Assembly: GCA_965222075.1 (NCBI GenBank)
Contig: OZ244937.1
Location: 1,824,001-1,888,000, forward strand
DNA from: Candidatus Latescibacterota bacterium
GTDB lineage: Bacteria > Latescibacterota > UBA2968 > GCA-2709665
DNA: 64,000 bases
Reading direction: 5' to 3'
In this document: one piece after another, positions 1-11,062 of the stretch
Layout of the letters: each line of letters starts with the position of its first letter
How positions within the stretch are numbered: the first letter of the stretch is position 1
The notes under the pieces: generated by a model
Databases searched by the model: none
The model's input: the letters and a program-made list of their open reading frames with translations, nothing else
What the model was told of the DNA's origin: nothing
Program-made: the position numbers and the translations under genes

Positions 1-3000
1 CAAACAGCGCCCGCAGATAGTCGTTCACCTCCGTCACCGTACCCACCGTGGACCGGGGATTCTTGCTGGCCGCCTTCTGCTCGATCGCAATCGCCGGTGA
101 AAGCCCCACCACCCGGTCCACCTTTGGTTTGGGCATCCGCCCCAGGAACTGCCTGGCGTAGGCCGACAGCGACTCCACGTAGCGCCGCTGTCCCTCCGCG
201 TAGACCGTATCCAATGCCAGCGACGACTTCCCCGACCCCGACACCCCCGAAATCACCGTCAGCCTCTCCCTGGGAATCACCGCATCCACATCCTTCAGAT
301 TGTTCTCCCGCGCCCCCAGCACCTCGATCTTCCGAACCCGCCCGTTTCGCCGTCGCCCCGTCCGGCACCCCGCTCCTGCTCCCGTCCCGGTTGCAGGTTC
401 AACGTTGAACGTTGAACGGTCTTCCAACACCGTCCGCAGCGCCCTCCCCGTATGCGACGTCTCCACTCCCGCCACCGCTTCCGGCGTCCCTTCTGCGACC
501 ACCTCTCCCCCCGCTTCTCCGCCCTCCGGCCCCAGGTCGATCACCCAGTCCGCCGTCTTGACCACCTCTAAGTTGTGTTCGATCACCACCACCGTATTCC
601 CCAGGTCTACCAGCCGGTGAAGCACGTTCAGCAGGTTTTGAATATCGGCAAAATGCAGCCCTGTGGTCGGCTCGTCCAGGATGTAGAGCGTCCGCCCGGT
701 GCTCCTGCGGCAGAGCTCCTTCGCCAGCTTCACCCGCTGCGCCTCTCCTCCCGATAAGGTCGGCGCGGGCTGTCCCAGATGGACGTAGCCCATCCCCACG
801 TCCACCAGCACCTTGAGCACCCGGTGGATCCGGGGCACGTTCTTGAAAAACGCGCATGCCTCCTCCACTTCCATCTCCAGCACATCCGCAATCGAGGCTC
901 CCCTGTACGTCACGTCCAGGGTCTCCCGGTTGAACCGCCGCCCTTCGCAGACCGGGCAGGCCACCCACACATCCGCCAGGAAATCCATCTCCACCAGGTT
1001 GGCCCCGTTCCCCTGGCAGGCCTCGCATCGCCCCCCCTTCACGTTAAAACTGAACCGCCCCGGTTTGTAGCCCCGCACCTTCGACTCCGGCAGCTCGGCA
1101 AAAAGCGCCCGGATCGGGTCGCACGCCCCCGTGTACGTCGCCGGATTGCTCCGGGGCGTCCGCCCGATCGGCTGCTGATCGATCTCGATCACCTTGTCCA
1201 GGTGCGCCATCCCCTCGATCCGCCGGTAGGCCCCCGGTTCCGTCTCCGCCCGGTTCAGCTCCCGGGCCAGCACCCGGTAGAGAATATGGTCAACCAGGGA
1301 ACTCTTTCCCGACCCCGACACGCCCGTCACACAGACCAGCGCCCGCAGCGGGACCTTCACGTCTACGTTCTTCAAATTGTTCTGCCTCGCGCCCCGCACC
1401 CTCAGCCACTTCCCGTTCACCCTCCGCCGCTGCGGGATCGGGATCGCCTGCTTCCCCGACAGATAGGCCCCGGTAATCGACCCTCGAGCGCGGGCCACCC
1501 GCCGCCAGTCCCCCGAGGCCACCACCTTCCCCCCCAGGTGCCCCGGCCCCGGGCCGAAATCCACCACCCGGTCCGCCCGGCGCATGGTCTCCTCGTCGTG
1601 CTCCACCACAATCACCGTATTCCCGGCGTCCCTGAGGCTGCACAGCGCGTCCAACAGCCTCCGGTTGTCCCGGTGGTGCAGCCCGATCGACGGCTCGTCC
1701 AGGACGTAGGTCACCCCCACCAGCCCGCTCCCAATCTGTCCCGCCAGCCGGATGCGTTGCGCTTCGCCTCCCGACAGCGTCGGCGCCGTTCGGTCCAGGC
1801 TCAGATAGTCCAGACCCACATCCAGCAAAAACGTCAACCGTCCCGTAACCTCCTTCAGCCCGTCCTCCGCAACCGTCTCCTGCGTCGGTGTCAGCGTCAG
1901 CCCCGCAAAAAAGGCATACGCGTCTTCCACCGACATAGCCATCACCTCCGGCAGCGACCGCCCCTCGATCTTCACCGCCAGGGCCTCCGGCCGCAGCCTC
2001 GCGCCCCTGCAATCCGGACAGGAGCCCGTGTGCATAAAAGCCCCCACCTTTCGCTTCCAGAACGCCGTATTGGCCTCGGCGTAGCGCCGCTCTAAGGGCG
2101 GCAGGATGCCCTCAAACGTATCCCGGTGCCGGTAGACCTCCCCGTTTGACCGCCGCCACTCAAACCGGATCTTCCCGAAGACCCCGTAGAGCAGTTCCTG
2201 CCGCCCCTCCTCCGGGATCTCCTTCCAGGGCGTATGCACGCTCGCCCCGTGCCGCTTGAGCACCCCCTCGTAGTAGTGAATCTTCCACCGGTTGCGCGGC
2301 ACGCCAATCGGAGCGATCGCCCCCTCCATCACCGACAGGCGATCCTCCGGCACCACCAGCGCAGTATCCATCGCAATCCGGGTGCCCAGCCCCCGGCAGG
2401 TGGGACACATCCCCTGGGGACTGTTAAACGAAAAAAGCTGGGGCGTGGGCTCGACCGCGCTCAGCCCGCAGTGGGGACAGGCAAAGGTAGAACTCAGCAG
2501 GAGGTCCTCTGCCTCCTCCACGCTCACGATAAGCGTCCCCTTCCCCAGCGCCAGCGCCCCATCCACTGCCTCTCCAAACCGCGCCTGAGCCTCGGACCGC
2601 ACCACCAGACGGTCCACCACCACGTCAATATCGTGCCGGATGTACCGCTCTAAACGCTGTGTACCTGTCTGCGTGCGTGCAGCAGCACGCACAGGCAGGT
2701 CGGTCAGATTCACAATCCGTCCGTCCACCCGCGCCCGGATGTAGCCCTCTCGCTGCAGATCCTCGAACAGGTCCAGGTACTCCCCCTTGCGCCCCCTCAC
2801 CAGCGGCGCCAGCACGTGGACGCGCGTCCCTTCCTCCAGGGCCATGATCCGATCCACGATTCCGTCTCGCGTCTGCGCCCCGATCGGAGCCCCGCAGGAC
2901 GCACAGTGAGGCGTGCCGATGCGCGCAAACAGCACCCGCAGGTAGTCGGTGATCTCCGTCATCGTTCCCACCGTGGAGCGGGGGTTGCGTCCGGCCGTCT

Positions 3001-3268
3001 TCTGCTGGATCGACACGGTTGGCGTCAGACCGGTAATCTGGTCCACATCGGGCTTCTCCATCTGCCCCAGAAACTGCCGGGCGTAGGCCGACAGCGACTC
3101 GATGTAGCGCCGTTGCCCTTCGGCGTAAATCGTATCGAACGCTAAAGAGGACTTTCCGGACCCGGACACGCCGGTAAAACAGATCAGCGCATTGCGTGGA
3201 AGCTCCAGATCCACGTCTTTCAGATTGTGGACGCGTGCTCCTTTAATCACGATGTTTCGAGTTTCCAT
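1..3268 (-). CDS. uvrA: Excinuclease ABC subunit A, tandem-fused double-length form; 3' end lies outside the window
   Basis: Manual minus-strand translation from ATG at 3268: METRNIVIKGARVHNLKDVDLELPRNALICFTGVSGSGKSSLAFDTIYAEGQRRYIESLS. The same frame gives VVVIEHNLEVVKTADWVIDLGPEGG near 590-520, then a second UvrA start (IEVLGARENNLKDVD...GVSGSGKSSLALDTVYAEGQRRYVESLS) near 330-170. Confidence 0.95.
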   Translation of the reverse strand, partial: METRNIVIKGARVHNLKDVDLELPRNALICFTGVSGSGKSSLAFDTIYAEGQRRYIESLSAYARQFLGQMEKPDVDQITGLTPTVSIQQKTAGRNPRSTVGTMTEITDYLRVLFARIGTPHCASCGAPIGAQTRDGIVDRIMALEEGTRVHVLAPLVRGRKGEYLDLFEDLQREGYIRARVDGRIVNLTDLPVRAAARTQTGTQRLERYIRHDIDVVVDRLVVRSEAQARFGEAVDGALALGKGTLIVSVEEAEDLLLSSTFACPHCGLSAVEPTPQLFSFNSPQGMCPTCRGLGTRIAMDTALVVPEDRLSVMEGAIAPIGVPRNRWKIHYYEGVLKRHGASVHTPWKEIPEEGRQELLYGVFGKIRFEWRRSNGEVYRHRDTFEGILPPLERRYAEANTAFWKRKVGAFMHTGSCPDCRGARLRPEALAVKIEGRSLPEVMAMSVEDAYAFFAGLTLTPTQETVAEDGLKEVTGRLTFLLDVGLDYLSLDRTAPTLSGGEAQRIRLAGQIGSGLVGVTYVLDEPSIGLHHRDNRRLLDALCSLRDAGNTVIVVEHDEETMRRADRVVDFGPGPGHLGGKVVASGDWRRVARARGSITGAYLSGKQAIPIPQRRRVNGKWLRVRGARQNNLKNVDVKVPLRALVCVTGVSGSGKSSLVDHILYRVLARELNRAETEPGAYRRIEGMAHLDKVIEIDQQPIGRTPRSNPATYTGACDPIRALFAELPESKVRGYKPGRFSFNVKGGRCEACQGNGANLVEMDFLADVWVACPVCEGRRFNRETLDVTYRGASIADVLEMEVEEACAFFKNVPRIHRVLKVLVDVGMGYVHLGQPAPTLSGGEAQRVKLAKELCRRSTGRTLYILDEPTTGLHFADIQNLLNVLHRLVDLGNTVVVIEHNLEVVKTADWVIDLGPEGGEAGGEVVAEGTPEAVAGVETSHTGRALRTVLEDRSTFNVEPATGTGAGAGCRTGRRRNGRVRKIEVLGARENNLKDVDAVIPRERLTVISGVSGSGKSSLALDTVYAEGQRRYVESLSAYARQFLGRMPKPKVDRVVGLSPAIAIEQKAASKNPRSTVGTVTEVNDYLRALF
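2664..2699 (-). repeat. 36 bp palindromic mini-element inserted in frame in uvrA (adds LPVRAAARTQTG)
   Basis: Minus strand reads cctgcctgtgcgtgctgctgcacgcacgcagacagg; removing it restores VNLTD-TQRLERYIRHDIDVVVDRL. Confidence 0.9.
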
Positions 3269-3471
3269 AAGATTTGGAGGTTCTCCGGACGGAGGTCGTA
3301 TTGGGAGGTTGGCTGACGGCGTTTGGCCGGACAGCCAGACGATATGGGGGAGGACCTGCTATGGGGGAGGACTTTCTCGGATATCGGGTACCATCAAAAG
3401 ATACCGGAACAGGAGAATATACTACTCATTTGTTCACATATCAAGCAAAAAACAAAACGCGCTGCCTTCAG

Positions 3472-3499
3472 GCAGGGGCAATTCGCGAACTGCCCCTGC
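3472..3499. repeat. REP-like hairpin GCAGGGGCAATTCGCGAACTGCCCCTGC
   Basis: Near-perfect inverted repeat resembling GTAGGGGC-type REPs, just downstream of the AAA/DUF4143 gene. Confidence 0.7.
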
Positions 3500-3534
3500 T
3501 CCGACCTGCTCGACGGTGGATTCGGTGAGGGTGG

Positions 3535-4857
3535 TCACGTTACCTCCATCGGTGTTTCCCAAAGCAAGCGAAGCGGTACGGCGTAGAGTCCGTCGCCAAA
3601 GCGGGTACAGGTCTCTCCGTCGTACAGCACTACGCCTCCGGCGAACCGGCTGCCCGTTGCGGCTCTCAACTTGCACAAGCCGCGGAAGTCCGCCCTGGTC
3701 ACAGTGGCACCCGCCTTCACCTCCACTCCCGCAACCGCCAGCGCTCCGCACTCAACGACAATGTCCACCTCCACCTTGTCCTTGTCGCGGTAGTGGAAAA
3801 ACGCCAGGGGGGACTCGTGCCAGCTCGCCTGCCGCCGCAACTCCTGGAACACGAAGGTCTCGAGAAGCTGACCTATCAGTGTTCGGTCGGCCGCCAGTCC
3901 TGCCGCATCTATCCCCAGAAGCGCACAAGCAAGGCCGGTATCGCCGATGTGCAGCTTTGGCGTCTTGATGAGGCGGCTCAGCCGATTGTGGTGCCATGGG
4001 GGAAGCCTCTCCAGCAAAAACACCTGTTCGAGTAGCTTGACATAGTGAAAGATCGTCGGTCGGCTGAGCTGGAAGGGCGAAGCCAGATCAGAGACATTCA
4101 GCAGCCTGGCCGTCTGTGCCGCCGCCAATCCGAGTAGGCGAGGCAGTGCCTCAAGACTGCCGATCCGCGCCAGATCGCGCACATCGCGCTGCACCTGGGC
4201 ATCGAGATAGTCGCGATACCAGTTGGCCCGCCGCCGGCCGGCAGGCCGGGCAAGTGCTGCCGGATACCCACCGGCAACGATGCGCTCGCCAAGCTGACTA
4301 CCGAGCCGCTCGACCCGTTGCATCTTGAATCCACCCCCGAATAGAGCGTCGAGGAATCCGGAGAATCGAGCCGTGGTTATTCCAAGCTCGCACTGCGCGA
4401 GCGGATGCAGCCTGACCGTCTCCATACGGCCCGCCAGGGAGTCCGACAAGTTGGGGACCAGCAGCACATTGGTTGAGCCTGTCAGCACGAAACGCCCCGG
4501 CACGCGGCTGCGATCCACTTCCATCTTCAGCGCGCTGAAGAGCGTGGGGACGCGCTGCACTTCGTCCAGAATGACGCGCTCAGGCAGATCGGCAACAAAA
4601 CCCATGGGGTCGGCCTGGGCACCAGCGCGTACCACATCATCGTCGAAGCTGATGTATGTGTAGTCGCGGTGTTGTTGGGAAAATCCCCCAATAAGGCGGT
4701 CATCGCCCCATTTCAAATATTGCGGCACGAGCACCATCTGCGCGAGCGTAGTCTTGCCGCATTGGCGTGGACCGTGAATCAGGACAATCGGTGAGTCCTC
4801 TAACGCCTCCGTAAGAGGCCGCTCGGCAAAGCGCGGGTAAAGCTGGGTCTCTGGCAT
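3535..4857 (-). CDS. AAA_14 ATPase with DUF4143-type C-terminal domain
   Basis: Walker A GPRQCGKTT, Walker B ILDEVQ, LTGS, C-terminal FFHYRDKDKVEVDIVVE...EVK. Confidence 0.9.
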   Translation of the reverse strand: MPETQLYPRFAERPLTEALEDSPIVLIHGPRQCGKTTLAQMVLVPQYLKWGDDRLIGGFSQQHRDYTYISFDDDVVRAGAQADPMGFVADLPERVILDEVQRVPTLFSALKMEVDRSRVPGRFVLTGSTNVLLVPNLSDSLAGRMETVRLHPLAQCELGITTARFSGFLDALFGGGFKMQRVERLGSQLGERIVAGGYPAALARPAGRRRANWYRDYLDAQVQRDVRDLARIGSLEALPRLLGLAAAQTARLLNVSDLASPFQLSRPTIFHYVKLLEQVFLLERLPPWHHNRLSRLIKTPKLHIGDTGLACALLGIDAAGLAADRTLIGQLLETFVFQELRRQASWHESPLAFFHYRDKDKVEVDIVVECGALAVAGVEVKAGATVTRADFRGLCKLRAATGSRFAGGVVLYDGETCTRFGDGLYAVPLRLLWETPMEVT

Positions 4858-4878
4858 CGGCTAATTGTAAGTATTGTG

Positions 4879-4989
4879 TCGTCTGATTGCAAGTTTATAA
4901 TGCGGCCAATTGCAACTTTATCGCCGAGATGAAAGCCCGCCCAACGTAGGGGCAACCCTTGTGGTTGCCCTGTTGGGCGTGGATTGGGC
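4879..4989 (-). repeat. 111 bp segment (REP plus promoter region) identical in inverted orientation to 29370-29480
   Basis: Base-by-base reverse-complement match; contains GTAGGGGCAACCCTTGTGGTTGCCC. Confidence 0.9.
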
Positions 4990-5288
4990 ACCTCCGGGGG
5001 ACGCGCCTGCCTGCTGCCAACATACGCGGTCATTCAGGGGAAAGCAAGAGGAAAAAGAGAGCGTCGGCGTCTCGCTGAAACCCTGCTTAAAACAGTTGAC
5101 CGAAGCGGCGAATGTAAGTATGTTTGGTGAATCTGCCGCTCATACGGGGGCGTCACGGTCGGAGAGTCAAAAGGAACGGACTGGAAGGCCATAGCCCCCG
5201 GGGTGGCGGAACGCCTGAAGGGTGAACCGAATTCCCGCCGGTCTGACCTGGCCGGAATAAGACTCAAATCAAGGAGAGACACCCCCCT

Positions 5289-6086
5289 ATGGAACTCGGC
5301 TGCAGCACCATCCTCTATGGCGGGCACGACCTGAAGCTCGCCCTCCGGAAAATCCGGGCGGCCGGCTACAGGGCCGTCGAGTTGTGCGCCATCCCCGGCA
5401 TGGCGCCCCACCTCAACATCGGGGGTGGCGATGCCTGTTATCGGGAAATCAAAGCGATGACGGACGACTACGGCCTTGAAATCGAATCCATCGGCGCCAG
5501 CGGCAACCTGGGCGACCGGGACCGCTTCCTCCGGGTTCTCGACGCTGCCTCTGCCCTGGGCGCCCCGGCCGTCACCACGGGCCCGGGCGGAAAGCCCGAC
5601 GATGAAGCCTCCTTCAAATCCGTGGTTGAAACCATCAACAACCTGGCAGAAGAGGCCGCCCAACGGAACGTCAAACTCAGCATCAAACCCCACGTCAACA
5701 ACGCCGTCTACAACACCGAAACCGCCCATCGCTTCATGCAGGAGGTCAACCGCACCCGGGTGGGCCTCAACTACGACCCCACCCACATCTGGCGCACTCC
5801 GCAGCAGGAAGTCCCCGAAGAGACCGTGGGCAAACTCCTGGACGACATCCTCACCGCCCGTATCCGGGACGTGAAGGGCCGCCAGTTGGCCATCGGTCCG
5901 GTGGAGGGCCAGATCGCCGGCAATGGAGACCTCAACCTCCCGGCCCTTGCCGAACAGTTCAAAAAGGTCCCCAACCTCCGGTATGTCGTTTTGGAGATCG
6001 TAGGCACCAAAGACATGGCGGTGGAAGAGATCGATCCCATCGTTCAAAAATCATTCGATTACCTCAATCCCCTCTTCGCCGAATAA
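5289..6086 (+). CDS. Sugar phosphate isomerase/epimerase (xylose-isomerase-like TIM barrel)
   Basis: GYRAVEL, VGLNYDPTH and GNGDLNLP motifs; AGGAG RBS. Confidence 0.8.
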   Translation: MELGCSTILYGGHDLKLALRKIRAAGYRAVELCAIPGMAPHLNIGGGDACYREIKAMTDDYGLEIESIGASGNLGDRDRFLRVLDAASALGAPAVTTGPGGKPDDEASFKSVVETINNLAEEAAQRNVKLSIKPHVNNAVYNTETAHRFMQEVNRTRVGLNYDPTHIWRTPQQEVPEETVGKLLDDILTARIRDVKGRQLAIGPVEGQIAGNGDLNLPALAEQFKKVPNLRYVVLEIVGTKDMAVEEIDPIVQKSFDYLNPLFAE

Positions 6087-6104
6087 AAAATCGGAGCTTA
6101 CATA

Positions 6105-7159
6105 ATGGCCCACTTCAACGTCGGCATCATCGGCTGTGGGCGTCCCCGCCAGGACGAAGGCGCGACCGGTTTTGGCATGGCCCACCACCATGCCGCCGGT
6201 TATGAAGCCTGTGCCGACACCGAAATCGTCGCCGTCGCCGACATCAAGCGCGAAAACGGGGAAGCCTTTGCCGAAGCGCACAACGTCCCCGGCGTCTATG
6301 GTGACTACCGCGACATGCTGGAAAAAGAGGACCTGGACATCGTCAGCGTCTGTCTCTGGATCGCCCTTCACGCCCCGGCCGTCAACGACGTCGCCCGGTC
6401 GGGCGTCAGAGCCATCCACTGCGAAAAGCCCATGGCCCCCACCTTCGGCGAGGCCCGGTCCATGGTCGAAACCTGCAGCGCACACAGCGTGCAACTCACC
6501 TTCAACCACCAGCGGCGTTTCGGCCCCTCCTTCCGCAAGGCCAGAGAGGTCGCCCACAGCGGCGCCATCGGGCAGATCCGGCGGCTGGAGGGCTACTGCG
6601 GAGACATGCTGGACTGGGGCACCCACTGGCTGGATATGATGTTCTTCTACAACAACGAGCAACCCGCCGAATGGGTCATCGGCCAGATCGACAGCCGGGA
6701 AGAAATGGCCATCTTCGGCACTCCGGTCGAAAGCCAGGCCATCTGTTCCATCATGTGGAAAAACAGCGTCCGGGGCCTGCTTGAAACCGGCGCCCCGGGA
6801 AGCGGCGTGGGCAACCGCATCCTCGGCACGGATGGCATCGTCGAAGTCGGCGTCCGGGACGGCCCTGCCCTTCGTTACACAGGCCGCGACACGTCCGGCT
6901 GGGCCGTGCCCGACCTGGAAGAGGGCACACACGGCGACGACCCCATCACCCTTGGCATCCTCGACCTGGTCGACGCCCTCAAATCGGGCCGCGAACCCGA
7001 ACTCGCCGCCCGCAAGGCACTACAGGCCACCGAAATCATCTTCGCCACCTACGAATCCAGCCGGCGGCGGGCGCGCATTGACCTGCCCCTCACTATCCAC
7101 GACTCACCCTTTCTGGACATGCTGGAAAAGGGGAAGATCGGGCCGAAAAGGAGAACCTC

Positions 7160-7163
<4 letters not shown>
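6105..7163 (+). CDS. Gfo/Idh/MocA family oxidoreductase
   Basis: VGIIGCG, CEKPMA, NHQRRF, LDWGTHWLD. Confidence 0.9.
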
Positions 7164-8181
<1,018 letters not shown>

Positions 8182-8183
8182 TT

Positions 8184-8206
8184 CCCTCTCCCGCCTGCGG
8201 GAGAGG
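8184..8206. repeat. Intergenic hairpin CCCTCTCCCGCCTGCGGGAGAGG (REP-like)
   Basis: Inverted repeat directly after the stop codon, with no U-tract. Confidence 0.55.
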
Positions 8207-8253
8207 AGTGCCCGGCGCAGCCGTGAGGGCCAGGACCGATAGGAGAATACCCC

Positions 8254-9354
8254 ATGCCGAAACTTTTCGGACACACCTACAGCAAAAAGCAGCTCCTGGA
8301 ACGCGTGGGCGACATGACCCAGCTTGCGGGCGCCCGGCGGGCCGAACTGGTAGAAGGCAACGAACGGGGCGCGGACCTGATCGAAGTCTTCAACGCCTCC
8401 GGGCTCTGCTTCTCGGTTCTGCCCGGCCGTGCCTTAGACATCGCCTCTGCCCATTACAAGGGCATGTCCCTGTGCTTCCGCAGCAGCACCGGCGATGTGG
8501 GTCCGGCCTTCTACGAACCGGAGGGCTACGCCTGGACCCGCGGGTTCTTCGGCGGCCTGGTCGTCAGCTGCGGCCTGATCTTCACCGGCCATCCCGAAGT
8601 GGACCCCGAAGAAGAAAACGAGGAACTCGGCCTCCACGGCCGTCTGTCCTACATCCCGGCCAAAAGCGTCGTGGCCGAATCGGGCTGGGAAGACAAGGAT
8701 TACGTGGTAAAGATAAGCGGCAAAATCCGCGAAACCGTGGTCTTTGGCACCAACCTGGAACTCACCCGGGAAATCTCCACCGTGCTGGGCGAAAAATCCC
8801 TGCGCATCTACGACCGGATCGAAAACCTCAGCCTGGACCCCTCTCCGCTGATGTTCGTCTACCACACCAACCCCGGCTTCCCCGTCCTGGACGCCGACGC
8901 ACGCGTGGTGCTCAACAGCAGCAAGACCACCGAATGGCTCGAAGACCGGGAAGTCGGCCCCGAAACCTACACCACCGCCCCACCCCCCCGGAAAAACGCC
9001 CACGACGACGTCTACATCCACCGCCCCATCCCCGATGAGCACGGCACCGTTCACGTGGGCCTGATCAACGACCGCCTGGGACTCGGCCTCTACTGGAAAT
9101 TCCCCTTCAAGGAAATGCCCGTCATCACCCACTGGCAGCACTTCCACCGGGGCACCTACGTCACCGGCATCGAGCCCGGCAACGTCAGCATGCTCGGCCG
9201 CGCCTGGAACCGCCAGCACGGCTACCTGAAACACATCCGGCCCGGTGAAGTCCGGGAATTCCACCTGGAAATCGGTGTGCTCGAAGGCGAGCGGGAAATC
9301 CGCGCCTTCGAACGCCGGGTCCGTCAGGGCGTCAAAAAAAGAACAAAAAAATGA
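8254..9354 (+). CDS. Aldose 1-epimerase-like protein (DUF4432 family)
   Basis: VLPGRALDI, FFGGLVVSCG, LGLHGRLSYIPA, YVTGIEPG. Confidence 0.8.
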   Translation: MPKLFGHTYSKKQLLERVGDMTQLAGARRAELVEGNERGADLIEVFNASGLCFSVLPGRALDIASAHYKGMSLCFRSSTGDVGPAFYEPEGYAWTRGFFGGLVVSCGLIFTGHPEVDPEEENEELGLHGRLSYIPAKSVVAESGWEDKDYVVKISGKIRETVVFGTNLELTREISTVLGEKSLRIYDRIENLSLDPSPLMFVYHTNPGFPVLDADARVVLNSSKTTEWLEDREVGPETYTTAPPPRKNAHDDVYIHRPIPDEHGTVHVGLINDRLGLGLYWKFPFKEMPVITHWQHFHRGTYVTGIEPGNVSMLGRAWNRQHGYLKHIRPGEVREFHLEIGVLEGEREIRAFERRVRQGVKKRTKK

Positions 9355-9359
9355 CTCCC

Positions 9360-10253
9360 TTAAGGACCTTCGGCACTGTACCGGGCGTATAACCCGTCCA
9401 GGTCCACCGCCTGCGCATCTCCCCGGTGCACGACCAGGCGGTAGCGCAGGGTAAGCGGGGTCTGCAGCGCAACGGACTGGGGGCCGGGGTAAACCGGGTT
9501 TTGCATACTCCCTTTTCGCCTCAAAATCCAGGGCTGGGGAAACCCCGGCAGGGAGGGGTGGCAGAGGATGGCCAGGCCGCTCACCCGGTCCTGCTCGCCA
9601 AAAGAACCCGAGAAATCCAGCCAGGGCCCTGCCTCTACGGGCTGCCTTGCCGGCGCTACCGCGCCCTCACAGCCGGTAATCCGGACATCCTCCGGCAGCC
9701 GGATCCGGGGCGAAAAGCCCCCGTAGCCTTTATCGTCTTCGGACCCGCCAATGCGAACCCCGTCCTCCAGAGGAATCAGGCAGATCTCGAAATCTATTTC
9801 ACGGACATCCCCCGACGCCCGATAGACCCGGATCACCACCTCCTCCTTCACAAACGGCTTTTGCACGCCTCCGGCATCGGTCCAGTGCGGGGACATCCAC
9901 ACAACCTGGACCTCCAGGGCGGAGGATTGGGAATCGGCAGCGATGACCTTTGCGTCCTGCACATCCCAGGTGAACGCTTTCAGAATCCAGGCATCGCCCA
10001 TCCTCCTGTCCCCCACCCACACCTGGTGCCAGGCCCAGAAAATCCCGCATTGGTGCCGGTGGTCAGCAGGCGATTCCTCCGTCAGGATCTCTCCATCCGG
10101 ACCGTAGAGGGGATGGATATAATGCGACCGCGAATGCGTTTCGTCAAAGGTTTTAAGCTCACGCCGATAGAACAACACGTCTTCTCCGCCTTCCATAACG
10201 GCGAAGCCCCCCTCGGCGGGAACGATGTCTACAGCCGGGGAATAGGATTTCAT
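9360..10253 (-). CDS. PmoA-annotated/DUF6807-type carbohydrate-associated protein
   Basis: YIHPLYGPDGEILTEESPADHRHQCGIFWAW and KGYGGF motifs. Confidence 0.65.
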   Translation of the reverse strand: MKSYSPAVDIVPAEGGFAVMEGGEDVLFYRRELKTFDETHSRSHYIHPLYGPDGEILTEESPADHRHQCGIFWAWHQVWVGDRRMGDAWILKAFTWDVQDAKVIAADSQSSALEVQVVWMSPHWTDAGGVQKPFVKEEVVIRVYRASGDVREIDFEICLIPLEDGVRIGGSEDDKGYGGFSPRIRLPEDVRITGCEGAVAPARQPVEAGPWLDFSGSFGEQDRVSGLAILCHPSLPGFPQPWILRRKGSMQNPVYPGPQSVALQTPLTLRYRLVVHRGDAQAVDLDGLYARYSAEGP

Positions 10254-10363
10254 CTCTCACCTCCTGGATAAATGAAGTTTCCGATATAAGTGACAAGATA
10301 AACCTTAGGTGCGCCCACATCAAGCCTTCTGACACCGGCCTCTGAGAGGACTGCCCCATCGCC

Positions 10364-10747
10364 ATGGCCGCCTCCGAAGACCTCCTCTTCGTCTACGGCA
10401 CCCTGCGCCGGGCCGGGCGCAATCCGATCGTCCGCATGCCGGACCACAGGGCCGACTTCATCGGTGTCGGGACCTTCAGAGGCAAACTCTACGACCTCGG
10501 CTCTTACCCAGGGGCTGTGCCCTCGACCGATGCGGCCGACCGCGTCACCGGCGAAGTCTACGCCCTGCACGATCCCGATAGGGCCTTCCCCATCCTGGAC
10601 AGCTATGAAACCAGCGAATACAGCCGGGAAAAACACCTGATCAGGCTGGAAAACGGGGATACCGTCCAGGCCTGGATCTACATCTACATCGCTCCCACGG
10701 ACACCTTCAGGCGCATCGAATCGGGGGACTATCCGGACGCGGAATAG
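10364..10747 (+). CDS. Gamma-glutamylcyclotransferase (AIG2-like) family protein
   Basis: LFVYGTLR, LYDLGSYPG, VTGEVY, LDSYE, AWIYIY. Confidence 0.9.
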   Translation: MAASEDLLFVYGTLRRAGRNPIVRMPDHRADFIGVGTFRGKLYDLGSYPGAVPSTDAADRVTGEVYALHDPDRAFPILDSYETSEYSREKHLIRLENGDTVQAWIYIYIAPTDTFRRIESGDYPDAE

Positions 10748-10773
10748 TCCGCACTATCTCACACCAAACGAAA

Positions 10774-10802
10774 CAGCCCCGCAAGCGTTTCCTGCGGGGC
10801 TG
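10774..10802. terminator. Hairpin terminator after the GGCT gene
   Basis: CAGCCCCGCA...TGCGGGGCTG stem. Confidence 0.6.
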
Positions 10803-11022
10803 AACTTGACAAAAAAACCACCTTGACTTTGGTTCGGTGCAGCCTTATATTTCTTATGTGTTCCGAAATTAAATACCCAAATGGCCAAAACAGGAGATAG
10901 TTTACTTATAAGCTCTTGAAAATGATAAACATGAAATTGCCAACCCAGGCCTCCCGGGAGAGACCAAAGTGCCCTGGAGGCTAAAAATACCTTTCAAAGG
11001 CCAGATCCGGTTGCCGGCTATC

Positions 11023-11062
11023 GCCCGTTGTCGAGATTATCTCGATAACGGGCTTTTTGTTT
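11023..11062 (+). terminator. Intrinsic terminator in the leader of the ABC operon (attenuator candidate)
   Basis: GCCCGTTGTCGAGA-TTA-TCTCGATAACGGGC followed by TTTTTGTTT, about 46 nt before the ATG at 11109. Confidence 0.75.

Noticed and set aside
779-2653. Long plus-strand ORFs (438 aa and others)
   Set aside because: Antisense shadows of uvrA in GC-rich DNA. The same applies to 57268-59226 and 39174-40550 on the minus strand.
3420-3440. LexA/SOS box upstream of uvrA (GAACAAATGAGT on the minus strand)
   Set aside because: Only a half match to GAAC-N4-GTTC, and the lineage motif is unknown.
5095-5285. Riboswitch in the leader of the sugar isomerase operon
   Set aside because: A promoter-like TTGACC/TATGTT and a long leader are present, but I recognise no aptamer or terminator.
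9360-10253. Methane monooxygenase PmoA
   Set aside because: Soluble sequence without transmembrane helices or pmoCB neighbours; the family label is misleading.
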